A DNA stretch of 64,000 nucleotides from Candidatus Micrarchaeota archaeon. Lineage in GTDB: Archaea; Micrarchaeota; Micrarchaeia; Norongarragalinales; Norongarragalinaceae. Both the position numbers and the translations under genes were made by a program. Where the stretch lies: assembly GCA_016207165.1 (NCBI GenBank), contig JACQQD010000003.1:1-64000 (forward strand), read 5' to 3'. Below, piece after piece: positions 1-8,210 of this stretch (positions are counted from its first letter, which is position 1; the number at the start of each line of letters is the position of its first letter). A model generated the notes under the pieces. The model saw only the letters and a program-made list of their open reading frames with translations. It was not told the DNA's origin and searched no databases.

Positions 1-2
1 AC

Positions 3-167
3 GTGTCGGCGCGCGTCTGCCGCACGTGCGGGCACGTGGGATGCTGCGACTCATCCCCAAAACGCCACGCCCGGGAACACTTCAAAAAAACAGGCCACGC
101 GATTCTGTCGGACTTGAACGACTCGTGGCGCTGGTGCTATCAATGCAACGACTACGTCAAGAACTAG
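3..167 (+). CDS. UBP-type zinc finger protein (5'-partial)
   Basis: Not in ORF track. Frame 3 reads VSARVCRTCGHVGCCDSSPKRHAREHFKKTGHAILSDLNDSWRWCYQCNDYVKN*, matching the zf-UBP pattern CxxCGHVGCCDSS..H...H...GH...WCY. Confidence 0.85.
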   Translation: MSARVCRTCGHVGCCDSSPKRHAREHFKKTGHAILSDLNDSWRWCYQCNDYVKN

Positions 168-213
168 TCCAACGGGTTCAAGCAGAATGCGGCCCAAAAG
201 ATGGAAAAATAGA

Positions 214-227
214 AGTGCTCTAGCCGG
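214..227 (-). repeat. att site (duplicated tRNA-Glu 3' end)
   Basis: Identical to 4790-4803. Confidence 0.85.
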
Positions 228-356
228 ACGCGCTGCCTGAGGCTGAGTGCGCCGGCAATGAATTTGGTACAATCGTGCCGAATTCCGCACGAATGCTAAA
301 AAAGACTTTTGTCCAGAGGTCGAGACCCCGTGAACGGACAAAACAACCACAAAAAC

Positions 357-1529
357 ATGAACGACGTCAGCCAAGCGTTTTCTCGCTTGGAGCGCGACCA
401 AGCCGTCGTTTCCGAGAATAAAGAGCTAATCCATCGGTTTGCCAACACGTGGTTGGCCAAAGGCGTCACCAACGTGCGCGCCGTCAAGCTGGTCTACACC
501 CTGCGCAAGCTGGCCGCCATTCTGAACAAGCCATTTCAAGCCGCCTCCAAAGACGACCTGATTACCTTGGTCGGCAAAATCGAGCAAAGCGGTTACGCGG
601 AGAACACCAAATACGACTTCAAAGTCGTCCTCAAAATGTTCTACCGGTGGCTTAAAGGCAACGACGAGGAGAATCCGCCGGAAACCAAATGGCTCAAACC
701 CCGTTCCAAGAAACGCGGCCAAACCCTACCCGAACAATTGCTTACCGAAAAGGAAGTGTTGGCCATGGCGCAGTCCGCCCAGCACCCCCGCGACAAAGCC
801 CTGATTATGGTTTTGTACGAATCCGGCTGCCGCATCGGCGAACTTTTGTCCTTAAGAATGAAGAATGTGGAGTTCGACCAATACGGCGCGGTTTTGCTAG
901 TGAACGGCAAAACCGGCCACCGTCGTGTCCGCATCATCAGTTCGGCGCAAGTGTTATCCAACTGGATGGAGCACTACGAAAGCACCAAAGACCCGGAAGC
1001 GTCATTGTGGCCGCCGCGGGCGTGCAGCCACCACGACACCAGCCACGCGGCAGATTACCGGTCAATCTACAAAACCCTACAAAACTTGGCGGAAAAAGCA
1101 GGCGTAAAAAAGAAGGTCTACCCGCACTTGTTCCGCCACAGCCGGGCTACCGCATTAGCCAACAAGTTGACCGAAGCCCAAATGAAGGAATACTTTGGCT
1201 GGACGCAAGGCAGCGACATGGCGGCCACCTACGTCCACTTGAGTGGACGTGATGTGGATGACGCGTTGTTGGCCCTGCATGATTTTGGCGACCAACCGAA
1301 AAAGAAGGAAAAGGCGTTGGAACTCAAAACTTGTTTGCGGTGCAAAGAGAGAAACGCGCCTTCATCCAAGTTTTGCTTCAAATGCGGCACGCCGCTGGAC
1401 GAAGCCATTGCGGCAACACTGGCCCCGCCAAAGTTGATGGATGAGGATTTGATGCGCCAACTCTTGGAGCACCCTCTGTTCAAGGAATATCTTGTTGAGA
1501 AGGCTCTCGCGAACGGGTTAGTCAAGTAA
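357..1529 (+). CDS. Tyrosine recombinase/integrase with C-terminal zinc ribbon
   Basis: Catalytic motifs ESGCRIGE (R), GKTG (K), HLFRHS (HxxR), ATYVH (Y); C-terminal CLRC..CFKC. ATG 357 preferred; ORF open from 309. Confidence 0.95.
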   Translation: MNDVSQAFSRLERDQAVVSENKELIHRFANTWLAKGVTNVRAVKLVYTLRKLAAILNKPFQAASKDDLITLVGKIEQSGYAENTKYDFKVVLKMFYRWLKGNDEENPPETKWLKPRSKKRGQTLPEQLLTEKEVLAMAQSAQHPRDKALIMVLYESGCRIGELLSLRMKNVEFDQYGAVLLVNGKTGHRRVRIISSAQVLSNWMEHYESTKDPEASLWPPRACSHHDTSHAADYRSIYKTLQNLAEKAGVKKKVYPHLFRHSRATALANKLTEAQMKEYFGWTQGSDMAATYVHLSGRDVDDALLALHDFGDQPKKKEKALELKTCLRCKERNAPSSKFCFKCGTPLDEAIAATLAPPKLMDEDLMRQLLEHPLFKEYLVEKALANGLVK

Positions 1530-1573
1530 AGTGCAGTGCGTAATCTCCTGGCTACAAATGCCTTGAAAGAGGT

Positions 1574-2527
1574 CTAGGAAGCCCTTTTCTCTCGCTGTTC
1601 CGCGATTTGTCGGGCTACCGCGTAAAACATCTTTTGGACTTTCTTGATGGTCTCGGGTTGAAGTTGGCCGTTTTGTTCGCTTGAGCCAACGTGAACGTAT
1701 GAGCCGTGCTCGGATTCTTTTCTTTCCAATTTGACACCGGCCACGCGGGGAAGCTTAGCCTCATCCAGTTCAAAGTCAAGCGGAATATTGAATCCGTACG
1801 CGCCCGGTTGAGTTTTACTGCCCTCTCTGTAAACGAGTCCAGGGACGTTGGGGTAAATCTCAAATGAGGGAAAGCCTGCTCGAAATCGATTGTCGTTGTC
1901 ATAGACCAAGCGCCGATTCTCACGGGCCTGTCCAATATACCGGCGTTTTTGGCCGACCACTTTGACCAAATCGTTGTAGTCTGACATTTCAGAAAACTCA
2001 AAGCGCACCGGCTGACCTTCGTTGTTTATTCCGGCAACACCGCCAAACGGAATGCATCGGGTAACTTCCGGTTGAATGCCCATGGCGTGAAGCGTCAACA
2101 CGGCTCGTTCAACAGCGCCGGATGAAGTAATGGGAGTGGTCATGATGGACGCGCGATTGCCTATTGGTTTGTCGATGATTCCCTCATGGACCAAATGAGA
2201 CATGGCCCGGTATAGGGCCGTTGCATGGTCGATATGGGGATCCAAATGGGCCAAAACGTTTACCCCTTCTTGCGATCCGGGAAAATGAATCATGAGGCAG
2301 CCGCCGATACTCGTGAGAAGGTGCGGCGGAGTTGAATCGGGACTAGCTGCTTGCTTTTTTGGGGCCGAACGTTTTTTCACACTTTGGGCTTTTGAGCGCG
2401 ACACGCCGTATCCGTTCTGAGAAACGATCAGTTTGGGCGAATTTGTCTCCAAAGTGTGAACATCAAGTGTTTGACGCTGGACTTCATACGGTTTCGGTCT
2501 AAACCATTGACGAAAAAAATCAAACAT
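1574..2527 (-). CDS. Hypothetical protein, possible CheD/CNF1/NTAN1-like Cys-His amidohydrolase
   Basis: Long ORF, ATG 2527 (MFDFFRQW); motif TSIGGCLMI...VLAHLDP. Confidence 0.55.
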   Translation of the reverse strand: MFDFFRQWFRPKPYEVQRQTLDVHTLETNSPKLIVSQNGYGVSRSKAQSVKKRSAPKKQAASPDSTPPHLLTSIGGCLMIHFPGSQEGVNVLAHLDPHIDHATALYRAMSHLVHEGIIDKPIGNRASIMTTPITSSGAVERAVLTLHAMGIQPEVTRCIPFGGVAGINNEGQPVRFEFSEMSDYNDLVKVVGQKRRYIGQARENRRLVYDNDNRFRAGFPSFEIYPNVPGLVYREGSKTQPGAYGFNIPLDFELDEAKLPRVAGVKLERKESEHGSYVHVGSSEQNGQLQPETIKKVQKMFYAVARQIAEQREKRAS

Positions 2528-2983
2528 CGAAGATTTCAATTGAGTCGGGAATAATAAAACCGCGGTTTTTGTTGAAAGTAAGATAGGTTCAAGATAGGCA
2601 TAGAGAAATTCGTAGGATTCAAAAACGCCAAACACGAGCCGCCAGCATAGCGTCAGGCTAAGATTACGTGCCTTTTTCGTGGCATTTCAATAAAAAGCCG
2701 TTCACGAAAAAACGCGGTTTTTCATTCGTGAAGATTACGTGAAACAGACTTGGATAGACCGACAGACAGGTAGAAATAAATTCGTAGGAACGAAAAACGC
2801 CGAATTCAAGGGCCCAATGCCAGTTCAGGGGCGGTTTCCGTGGGCAACCCGTGGATTTTCTATAAAATCCAACCCGCGGGTTGCACGCGTTTTCAACCCG
2901 TGGAGAACTCGTGGAAAGTCCAAGGAAAAGCGCTAAAAATCCAAAACCAAAGACATATATATTGAAATATAGTAGGATATACT

Positions 2984-3220
2984 ATGTCGGATTTGACGAC
3001 AATATTGGTGCGTGGAGAGGAAAAAAAAATGCTTGAAGACGCGCGAAACAAGCTCATCGGTGCTGGCACAGATCGCCTACCTAAACCAGTAATCAATCAC
3101 CTCAAACGTCAAGGATTTGACGAGGAAAAAATCAAAAAACTAACTCGCGGCGTTATCGTGTCTATTGGTTCCGCCGCCATCGAGTATTTGCTTGAACAAG
3201 ACCAGGAGGAAAAAGTATGA
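2984..3220 (+). CDS. Small putative ribbon-helix-helix DNA-binding protein
   Basis: 78 aa; N-terminal strand TTILV followed by helices; AT-rich TATA-like sequence upstream; ATGA overlap with next gene. Confidence 0.55.
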   Translation: MSDLTTILVRGEEKKMLEDARNKLIGAGTDRLPKPVINHLKRQGFDEEKIKKLTRGVIVSIGSAAIEYLLEQDQEEKV

Positions 3221-4263
3221 ACGCGAACACATCAACGTATCCCCAATACGTACCGAACCAGGCACACCACTATTATGAGCAAGAAATCCGGAAAACAGGA
3301 CACCCAACTTTCAAAATTCCGCATCAAGTCTTCGAGTTAGCGAAGGATACAAACCTGCAAAAACTCAAAAAAATTCTGGAAACCCCAGGATACCCCGCGC
3401 ATTTCCAAAACGAATGTGCAAAGGAACGAAATCTCAAGGCAGATGACGCCCTCGAGACAATGCTAGAATACCAATTCCAAAACGACGTGAAGGGTTTACA
3501 GTCAAGTCAAAGCCTTCAGCTTGTCGACATGGCAATTCAATCTGGGTTCACGTGGATCAAAATTCCAACGCGTACAAACGACATCAAGCAATTTAAGTCA
3601 ACGGTTGATATGGCAATCCCTCGAATTGAGGAACATGGCCTAAAACCGTTTATTCACATCGACCTTGGAGATAGCACAAAGCTTTTCCAAGCCAAACTGG
3701 AGCATGCTTTGGAAACCTCGGCAACCGGCATCTCATTCAAGTACCGTTCGCCAACCACGCACAAGCTGAATTATCAACGGGTAACGATGCTCGAAACGAC
3801 GAAAATCCTTCAATTATCCGGAACCCAGCGGCGGCATAAAAGGCTCGATCCACATACCTGCATGCCGTTGTTACTTGGACTCGTTTTCGATACAGTAACC
3901 CTTTACAGTCATAGACCCTATCTAGGTCTCCCGGACGTTCCGATTGAAAATGCGGATATCTTTTCAGAAGCGCACGGCGGGTACTACACGCTGCCTGAAT
4001 GGATCCAAAAATTGGGAAATGAAGAATTTATCACCAACACCAACCACCCACTCCTTACGGAACCAGGTTATGAAGTCGCCGAATTACTGCAAAATGAGCA
4101 TGAATGCAATCGACTCAATGCGACACTGAAATCCCACGAAACACTCGCATTACAGCAAGAATTCCAAAACATCGCTTCGGCTAAAAGAAAAAACAAGTTG
4201 GACGAATACGTTAGCGAAAAACCACTTCTCGCGACAGCGTTTCCGTATTTAAACCCCGTCTAA
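3217..4263 (+). CDS. Hypothetical protein, divergent tRNA-guanine transglycosylase-like TIM barrel
   Basis: 348 aa; segments KTGHPTFKIP, KPFIHID, TGISF, LQLSGT, LVFDTVT and C-terminal SHETLALQQEFQNI...LDEYVSEK parallel the TGT layout; DSGG and CxCxxC motifs not seen. Confidence 0.45.
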   Translation: MNANTSTYPQYVPNQAHHYYEQEIRKTGHPTFKIPHQVFELAKDTNLQKLKKILETPGYPAHFQNECAKERNLKADDALETMLEYQFQNDVKGLQSSQSLQLVDMAIQSGFTWIKIPTRTNDIKQFKSTVDMAIPRIEEHGLKPFIHIDLGDSTKLFQAKLEHALETSATGISFKYRSPTTHKLNYQRVTMLETTKILQLSGTQRRHKRLDPHTCMPLLLGLVFDTVTLYSHRPYLGLPDVPIENADIFSEAHGGYYTLPEWIQKLGNEEFITNTNHPLLTEPGYEVAELLQNEHECNRLNATLKSHETLALQQEFQNIASAKRKNKLDEYVSEKPLLATAFPYLNPV

Positions 4264-4791
4264 AAAAAGTTGACGTGAGCAGGAACGACAGTTCGATATC
4301 AAAAGTTTGGCGCTTGGCACGCTCCATAGAATCCCAATAGGGCTTTCCGTTAAGCCAAAATAAGCCTCGGAGTTTTTCTCGTTTTTCGGGTGGTTTGGAC
4401 CAAAAATTGCAAGCTCGATAAGTATCCTCCCAAACTTCCATCTCACGCACTAAGTCCGAAAAAATCAAACCGCCCAAGACCAGCACCCCCTCACGAAGCG
4501 ATCCTATAACGGAGCACTCCTTTAAAAGAAGTCCGCAATGAATGAACCCGAATTTGGGTGCATTTGTACGAACCCTTAGGGCAGTCCTTAACTACATCAA
4601 AACGCCTTCAGGCCGTAAGACCGCCCCGGAACGGTTCATGCCTTCAGATTGAAGTAGAGCGCAGGGGGTTGGCTTTCCGTTTGTTCTTCCGTCAAACGCC
4701 TGAGATGGAGAACATTAAAAAGCCAGTTTTCTTTGGGCAAAGCGGACAAAAGAGGATTTCGTGCCAAGTGCACACTGAGCCGCTGTGAGAG

Positions 4792-4866
4792 TGCTCTAGC
4801 CGGGATTTGAACCCGGGTCGCCGGCTTGAAAGGCCGATATCCTTGACCGTGCTAGACGACTAGAGC
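4792..4866 (-). tRNA. tRNA-Glu(UUC), intronless, CCA not encoded
   Basis: Reverse complement GCTCTAGTCGTCTAGCACGGTCAAGGATATCGGCCTTTCAAGCCGGCGACCCGGGTTCAAATCCCGGCTAGAGCA folds as a cloverleaf with anticodon TTC. Confidence 0.97.
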
Positions 4867-4906
4867 AAAGAAAATAAGGGAACTAAGTGGTGCGGAAAAG
4901 GCTTTT

Positions 4907-5566
4907 TTAGAGTATTGCTTTTGCCTTCAACGCGTCCCACACGCGTTCGTGGATGGCTTTGGGCGGCAAAAGTTGGTCGCCTTCAACCGTCTTGATCACA
5001 AGCCAGTTACGTTCTCGAGCAAGTTGTAAGTAGTTCTCATAAACTCTGCTTTCAAATTCAGTATCCAATTCATGAATATCAATTTTTGTTAGTGGATTCT
5101 TCTGTTTGCGGGCAGCATAGAGGGCACGAGTTACGTTACGGGGAACGTCCAAAAAGATAATCGCGTCTGGGCGTGGCAAATTCTTTTCTATTAAGTCAAT
5201 CCACTTCCAGAGTGCTCTTTTTTCTTTTTCATCTGAAACCAAAGCACCTTGGAATGCCAAGTTGGCTGGAGTGTAGCGATCCAGGATGACACAATCATAC
5301 TCCGCTAGAGCCATTCGTATTTTCTCTGCGTTGCAGTATCGGTCCAGTGCGTAAAGAACAACCGCTTCATGTATACGGTCTTCTTTCTTGCCAAGTGCAC
5401 CAGAAAGATACTCGGCAATCAATTGGCCTACTGGAGATGAATAATCTGGAAAATAAAATGCGGTTGCCGTTTTGCCATTTTTTTCTAATGCAGCAAGCAT
5501 AAGCTGTGTTTGAGTCAGTTTGCCGGCGGCGCTCAATCCTTCAAACACGATGAGTCTTCCAGTCAT
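4907..5566 (-). CDS. tmk: Thymidylate kinase
   Basis: LIVFEGLSAAGKLTQ P-loop, FPDY, VILDRY, PDAIIFLDV; start at ATG 5566. Confidence 0.92.
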   Translation of the reverse strand: MTGRLIVFEGLSAAGKLTQTQLMLAALEKNGKTATAFYFPDYSSPVGQLIAEYLSGALGKKEDRIHEAVVLYALDRYCNAEKIRMALAEYDCVILDRYTPANLAFQGALVSDEKEKRALWKWIDLIEKNLPRPDAIIFLDVPRNVTRALYAARKQKNPLTKIDIHELDTEFESRVYENYLQLARERNWLVIKTVEGDQLLPPKAIHERVWDALKAKAIL

Positions 5567-5621
5567 GGTGCATGCAATCCTGGCCTGCCGAGGTTTAATG
5601 GATTTGGGTGCCCCCGTCCTC

Positions 5622-6206
5622 CTACACTCCCACCACGTGAAACAGGATGGTGGCGGCAACGGGCAACAACACGTTGTCGTCCGTGCGCCAGGCCAAGGTT
5701 TCAAGCGCGCCCAAGACCACGGCGTAAAAGACGGCTGGAGCGAGGGGCACGACGAGGGAAGCGATGGCCGACGCCGAAAAAATGAAGGCGGCCAAGCCCT
5801 CCCACTTCTTTTTCTTGTTCCAAGGCAGGCCGTGTATGCCGTGCAAGCCGACCAGGGTGGCAAAGCCGTCGCCGAAGGCCACGATGGCGATGACGGCCAA
5901 AGCAAAGTCAAAGGGCACAAACGCCAGCAAAAACAGGGTGCCGGCGAAATACATGAGAGCGCCTTGACCGGGAAACAAGACGTTTTTGCGTTCGTATTGC
6001 GTCAAAGCGGAGTCAACAAACGGCAGGGCATAGCCGCAGAGCTTGAGGTGCAGAATGGTTAAGCCCAAAAACAGAGCCGCCGCATAGCCGTACAACGCGT
6101 GCGTGGGACCCAAAAAAAGCGCGACAGCCAAAAGGCCGCCGCCGAAAAGGATGTGGAACCACTGGCGATTGGACTCAAAACCATGAGTGGGCGACTTGGG
6201 TTTCAA
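5622..6206 (-). CDS. Phytol/dolichol kinase-like CTP-dependent membrane kinase (SEC59/VTE5 family)
   Basis: RQWFH, GDGFATLVG, KKWEG, DDNVLLP motifs; TTG start overlapping the upstream stop. Confidence 0.85.
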   Translation of the reverse strand: MKPKSPTHGFESNRQWFHILFGGGLLAVALFLGPTHALYGYAAALFLGLTILHLKLCGYALPFVDSALTQYERKNVLFPGQGALMYFAGTLFLLAFVPFDFALAVIAIVAFGDGFATLVGLHGIHGLPWNKKKKWEGLAAFIFSASAIASLVVPLAPAVFYAVVLGALETLAWRTDDNVLLPVAATILFHVVGV

Positions 6207-6643
6207 GGCGAGTTCCTCCCGAACCGCAGCCACGCCATGAGGTAGACCACGATGCCCAACGAAAATCCGGCGATGACTTGTTCGACGCTGTGCACTCCCA
6301 GGAAAATGCGGGAATAGCCGACCAGCAACGCCAAAGGAATGACCAGAAGCGCCCACCGGCTTCCCAAGGAAGCCATCAACAGCACGGCGGCAAAGGCGGC
6401 GTGAAGGGATGGGAAACCGAAATCCAGGGGGCAGTCCACCAGCCCCGGCACGTCCACGCAGGGACGCGGGAGTTTAAAGAAAGCCTTCACGAGGAAACCC
6501 AAAACCGCGGCCACCACCACCGAGTACAGAAAAACGTAGTGGCGGCGGAGGAAAACCAGGCCGAAGGCAAACAAGACAACGCCGACCAAGTAATCCTGGA
6601 CGTGAAACAGCGTGGAGAACCAAAGCAAGAGCGCGTCAATCAT
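6203..6643 (-). CDS. PAP2-family membrane phosphatase
   Basis: KAFFKLPRP, FPSLH, SRIFLGVH motifs. Confidence 0.92.
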   Translation of the reverse strand: MIDALLLWFSTLFHVQDYLVGVVLFAFGLVFLRRHYVFLYSVVVAAVLGFLVKAFFKLPRPCVDVPGLVDCPLDFGFPSLHAAFAAVLLMASLGSRWALLVIPLALLVGYSRIFLGVHSVEQVIAGFSLGIVVYLMAWLRFGRNSP

Positions 6644-6740
6644 TCAGGCTGGTAACGGAAAACGCGTTTTATAGGATTTGCCTTGGCCAGGCGAAGCCTC
6701 CAACCAAAGCTTTTAGAACGCGTTTCAAAAGAAAGGCACT

Positions 6741-8210
6741 ATGCACGGGTTATTCGAAGAGTTGCACAAGTTAGCCCAAGCCACGCCGGAAATCTCCGTT
6801 TCCCAAGCCCTGGAAAACCCGCGGCTGACCAAAACAGCGACGGGAAGCCTGAGCATTCAAAGCAGCGTCACGCACCGGTTGGCCAGCCAAACCCACGTGG
6901 TTTTGGACGAAACCGAGCCGTTCGCCCCATGGATTCGAAAGGCGGTGGACGCCGCGAAAACCGAGGACCTCGTCGCCGTGCGGCGCAGCATCGGAAAAAA
7001 TGCGTTTGAGTCCTGCCTGGTATTGCCTCGCAAGCATTCGTGCATCGCGGGGTATTGGGCGTCGACGCAGTTTGCCTCCCAGCAAAAAAATCCGGACTTC
7101 ATCACGTTGTGCCTACCGGACTACCCCGAACAAAAAATCCTGGTTTTTGCCGACGCGGGCGTGACGCTGATCTTGGGTTCGGATTACCTGGGAGAAAGCA
7201 AGATGTCGTTTCTGCGGCTGGCCATGTACCACGCCAAAAAACAAGGGGCATTGGGGCTTCACGCCGGCAGCAAGCACGTGGTGCTAAAGGAAGGAAGAAA
7301 AGGCGTACTTTTCTTTGGCCTAAGCGGAACCGGCAAAACCACGTTGTCCACGCACTCGCTGTTCTTGGAAAAGCCGGAGTACAGCGTCGTCCGCCAGGAC
7401 GACATCGTCATACTCCAAAAAGACGGCAGGGCCATTGGCACCGAAGAAAACTTTTACGTTAAAACGGAGGGGCTCAAAAACGACAGGCAGCCGGGCCTTT
7501 ACGCCGCGTGCATGAATGGACATGCTCTGTTGGAAAACGTCGCCGTCCGAAACGGGCAACCCAATTTTTTGGATTCCAGCAGAACCACCAACGCCCGCGC
7601 CATCGTTCGGAGACGCGATTTGCCGGACACGGACGACGACGTGGACTTGCCCAAAGTCACGCACGCGTTTTTCATCACGCGCCGGCGCGACGTGGTGCCG
7701 GTGGCCGCCAAGCTGTCTGCGGCGCAAGCCACGGCGTTTTTCATGCTCGGCGAATCCGTGGAGACGTCCGCCAGCGACCCCCAACAAGCCGGAAAGACGC
7801 GCCGCGTGGTGGGATTCAATCCATTCATCGTCGGCGACCCAGCGGTTGAAGGCAACCGCTTTTTGGAGTTGGTCACCGGCGGCCAAACCGAGTGCTTTTT
7901 GTTGAACACGGGCCGCATCGCCGAAAAGCAAAACATCACGGCCGACGTGTCGGCGCGCCTGGTCGAGCAAATCCTCCGCGACAACGTCGTCTGGCAAGCC
8001 GACCCGGCTTGGGGGTATCAGACCCCGAAAACCGTGCCTCACATGGACATGTCGCTTTTTGACCCAAAGAAATACTACGACGCGGACGCGTACCAAGCCA
8101 AAGTCGACGCGTTGAAGGCCGAACGCCGCGCGTGGCTAGAGAAATTCCCTGGACTCAAGCCTGAAATCAAAGACGCGTTGAACTTGAATCAGTTAAAAGC
8201 GCTTGAATGA
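6741..8210 (+). CDS. pckA: Phosphoenolpyruvate carboxykinase (ATP)
   Basis: YLGESK, LHAG, FFGLSGTGKTTLS, QDD, LLENV, LLNTG motifs. Confidence 0.9.
   Translation: MHGLFEELHKLAQATPEISVSQALENPRLTKTATGSLSIQSSVTHRLASQTHVVLDETEPFAPWIRKAVDAAKTEDLVAVRRSIGKNAFESCLVLPRKHSCIAGYWASTQFASQQKNPDFITLCLPDYPEQKILVFADAGVTLILGSDYLGESKMSFLRLAMYHAKKQGALGLHAGSKHVVLKEGRKGVLFFGLSGTGKTTLSTHSLFLEKPEYSVVRQDDIVILQKDGRAIGTEENFYVKTEGLKNDRQPGLYAACMNGHALLENVAVRNGQPNFLDSSRTTNARAIVRRRDLPDTDDDVDLPKVTHAFFITRRRDVVPVAAKLSAAQATAFFMLGESVETSASDPQQAGKTRRVVGFNPFIVGDPAVEGNRFLELVTGGQTECFLLNTGRIAEKQNITADVSARLVEQILRDNVVWQADPAWGYQTPKTVPHMDMSLFDPKKYYDADAYQAKVDALKAERRAWLEKFPGLKPEIKDALNLNQLKALE

Larger units (their letters stand above)
214..4803. 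mobile_element. Integrative element inserted in the tRNA-Glu 3' end
   Basis: 14-bp direct repeat AGTGCTCTAGCCGG at 214-227 and 4790-4803 (second copy is the tRNA 3' end); integrase next to the left copy; lower GC and ORFan cargo between. Confidence 0.85.

Noticed and set aside
4211-4788. ORFs 4211-4486(-) and 4558-4788(+) as island genes
   Set aside because: No recognisable motifs, weak starts, and one overlaps the 348-aa gene; may be decayed sequence
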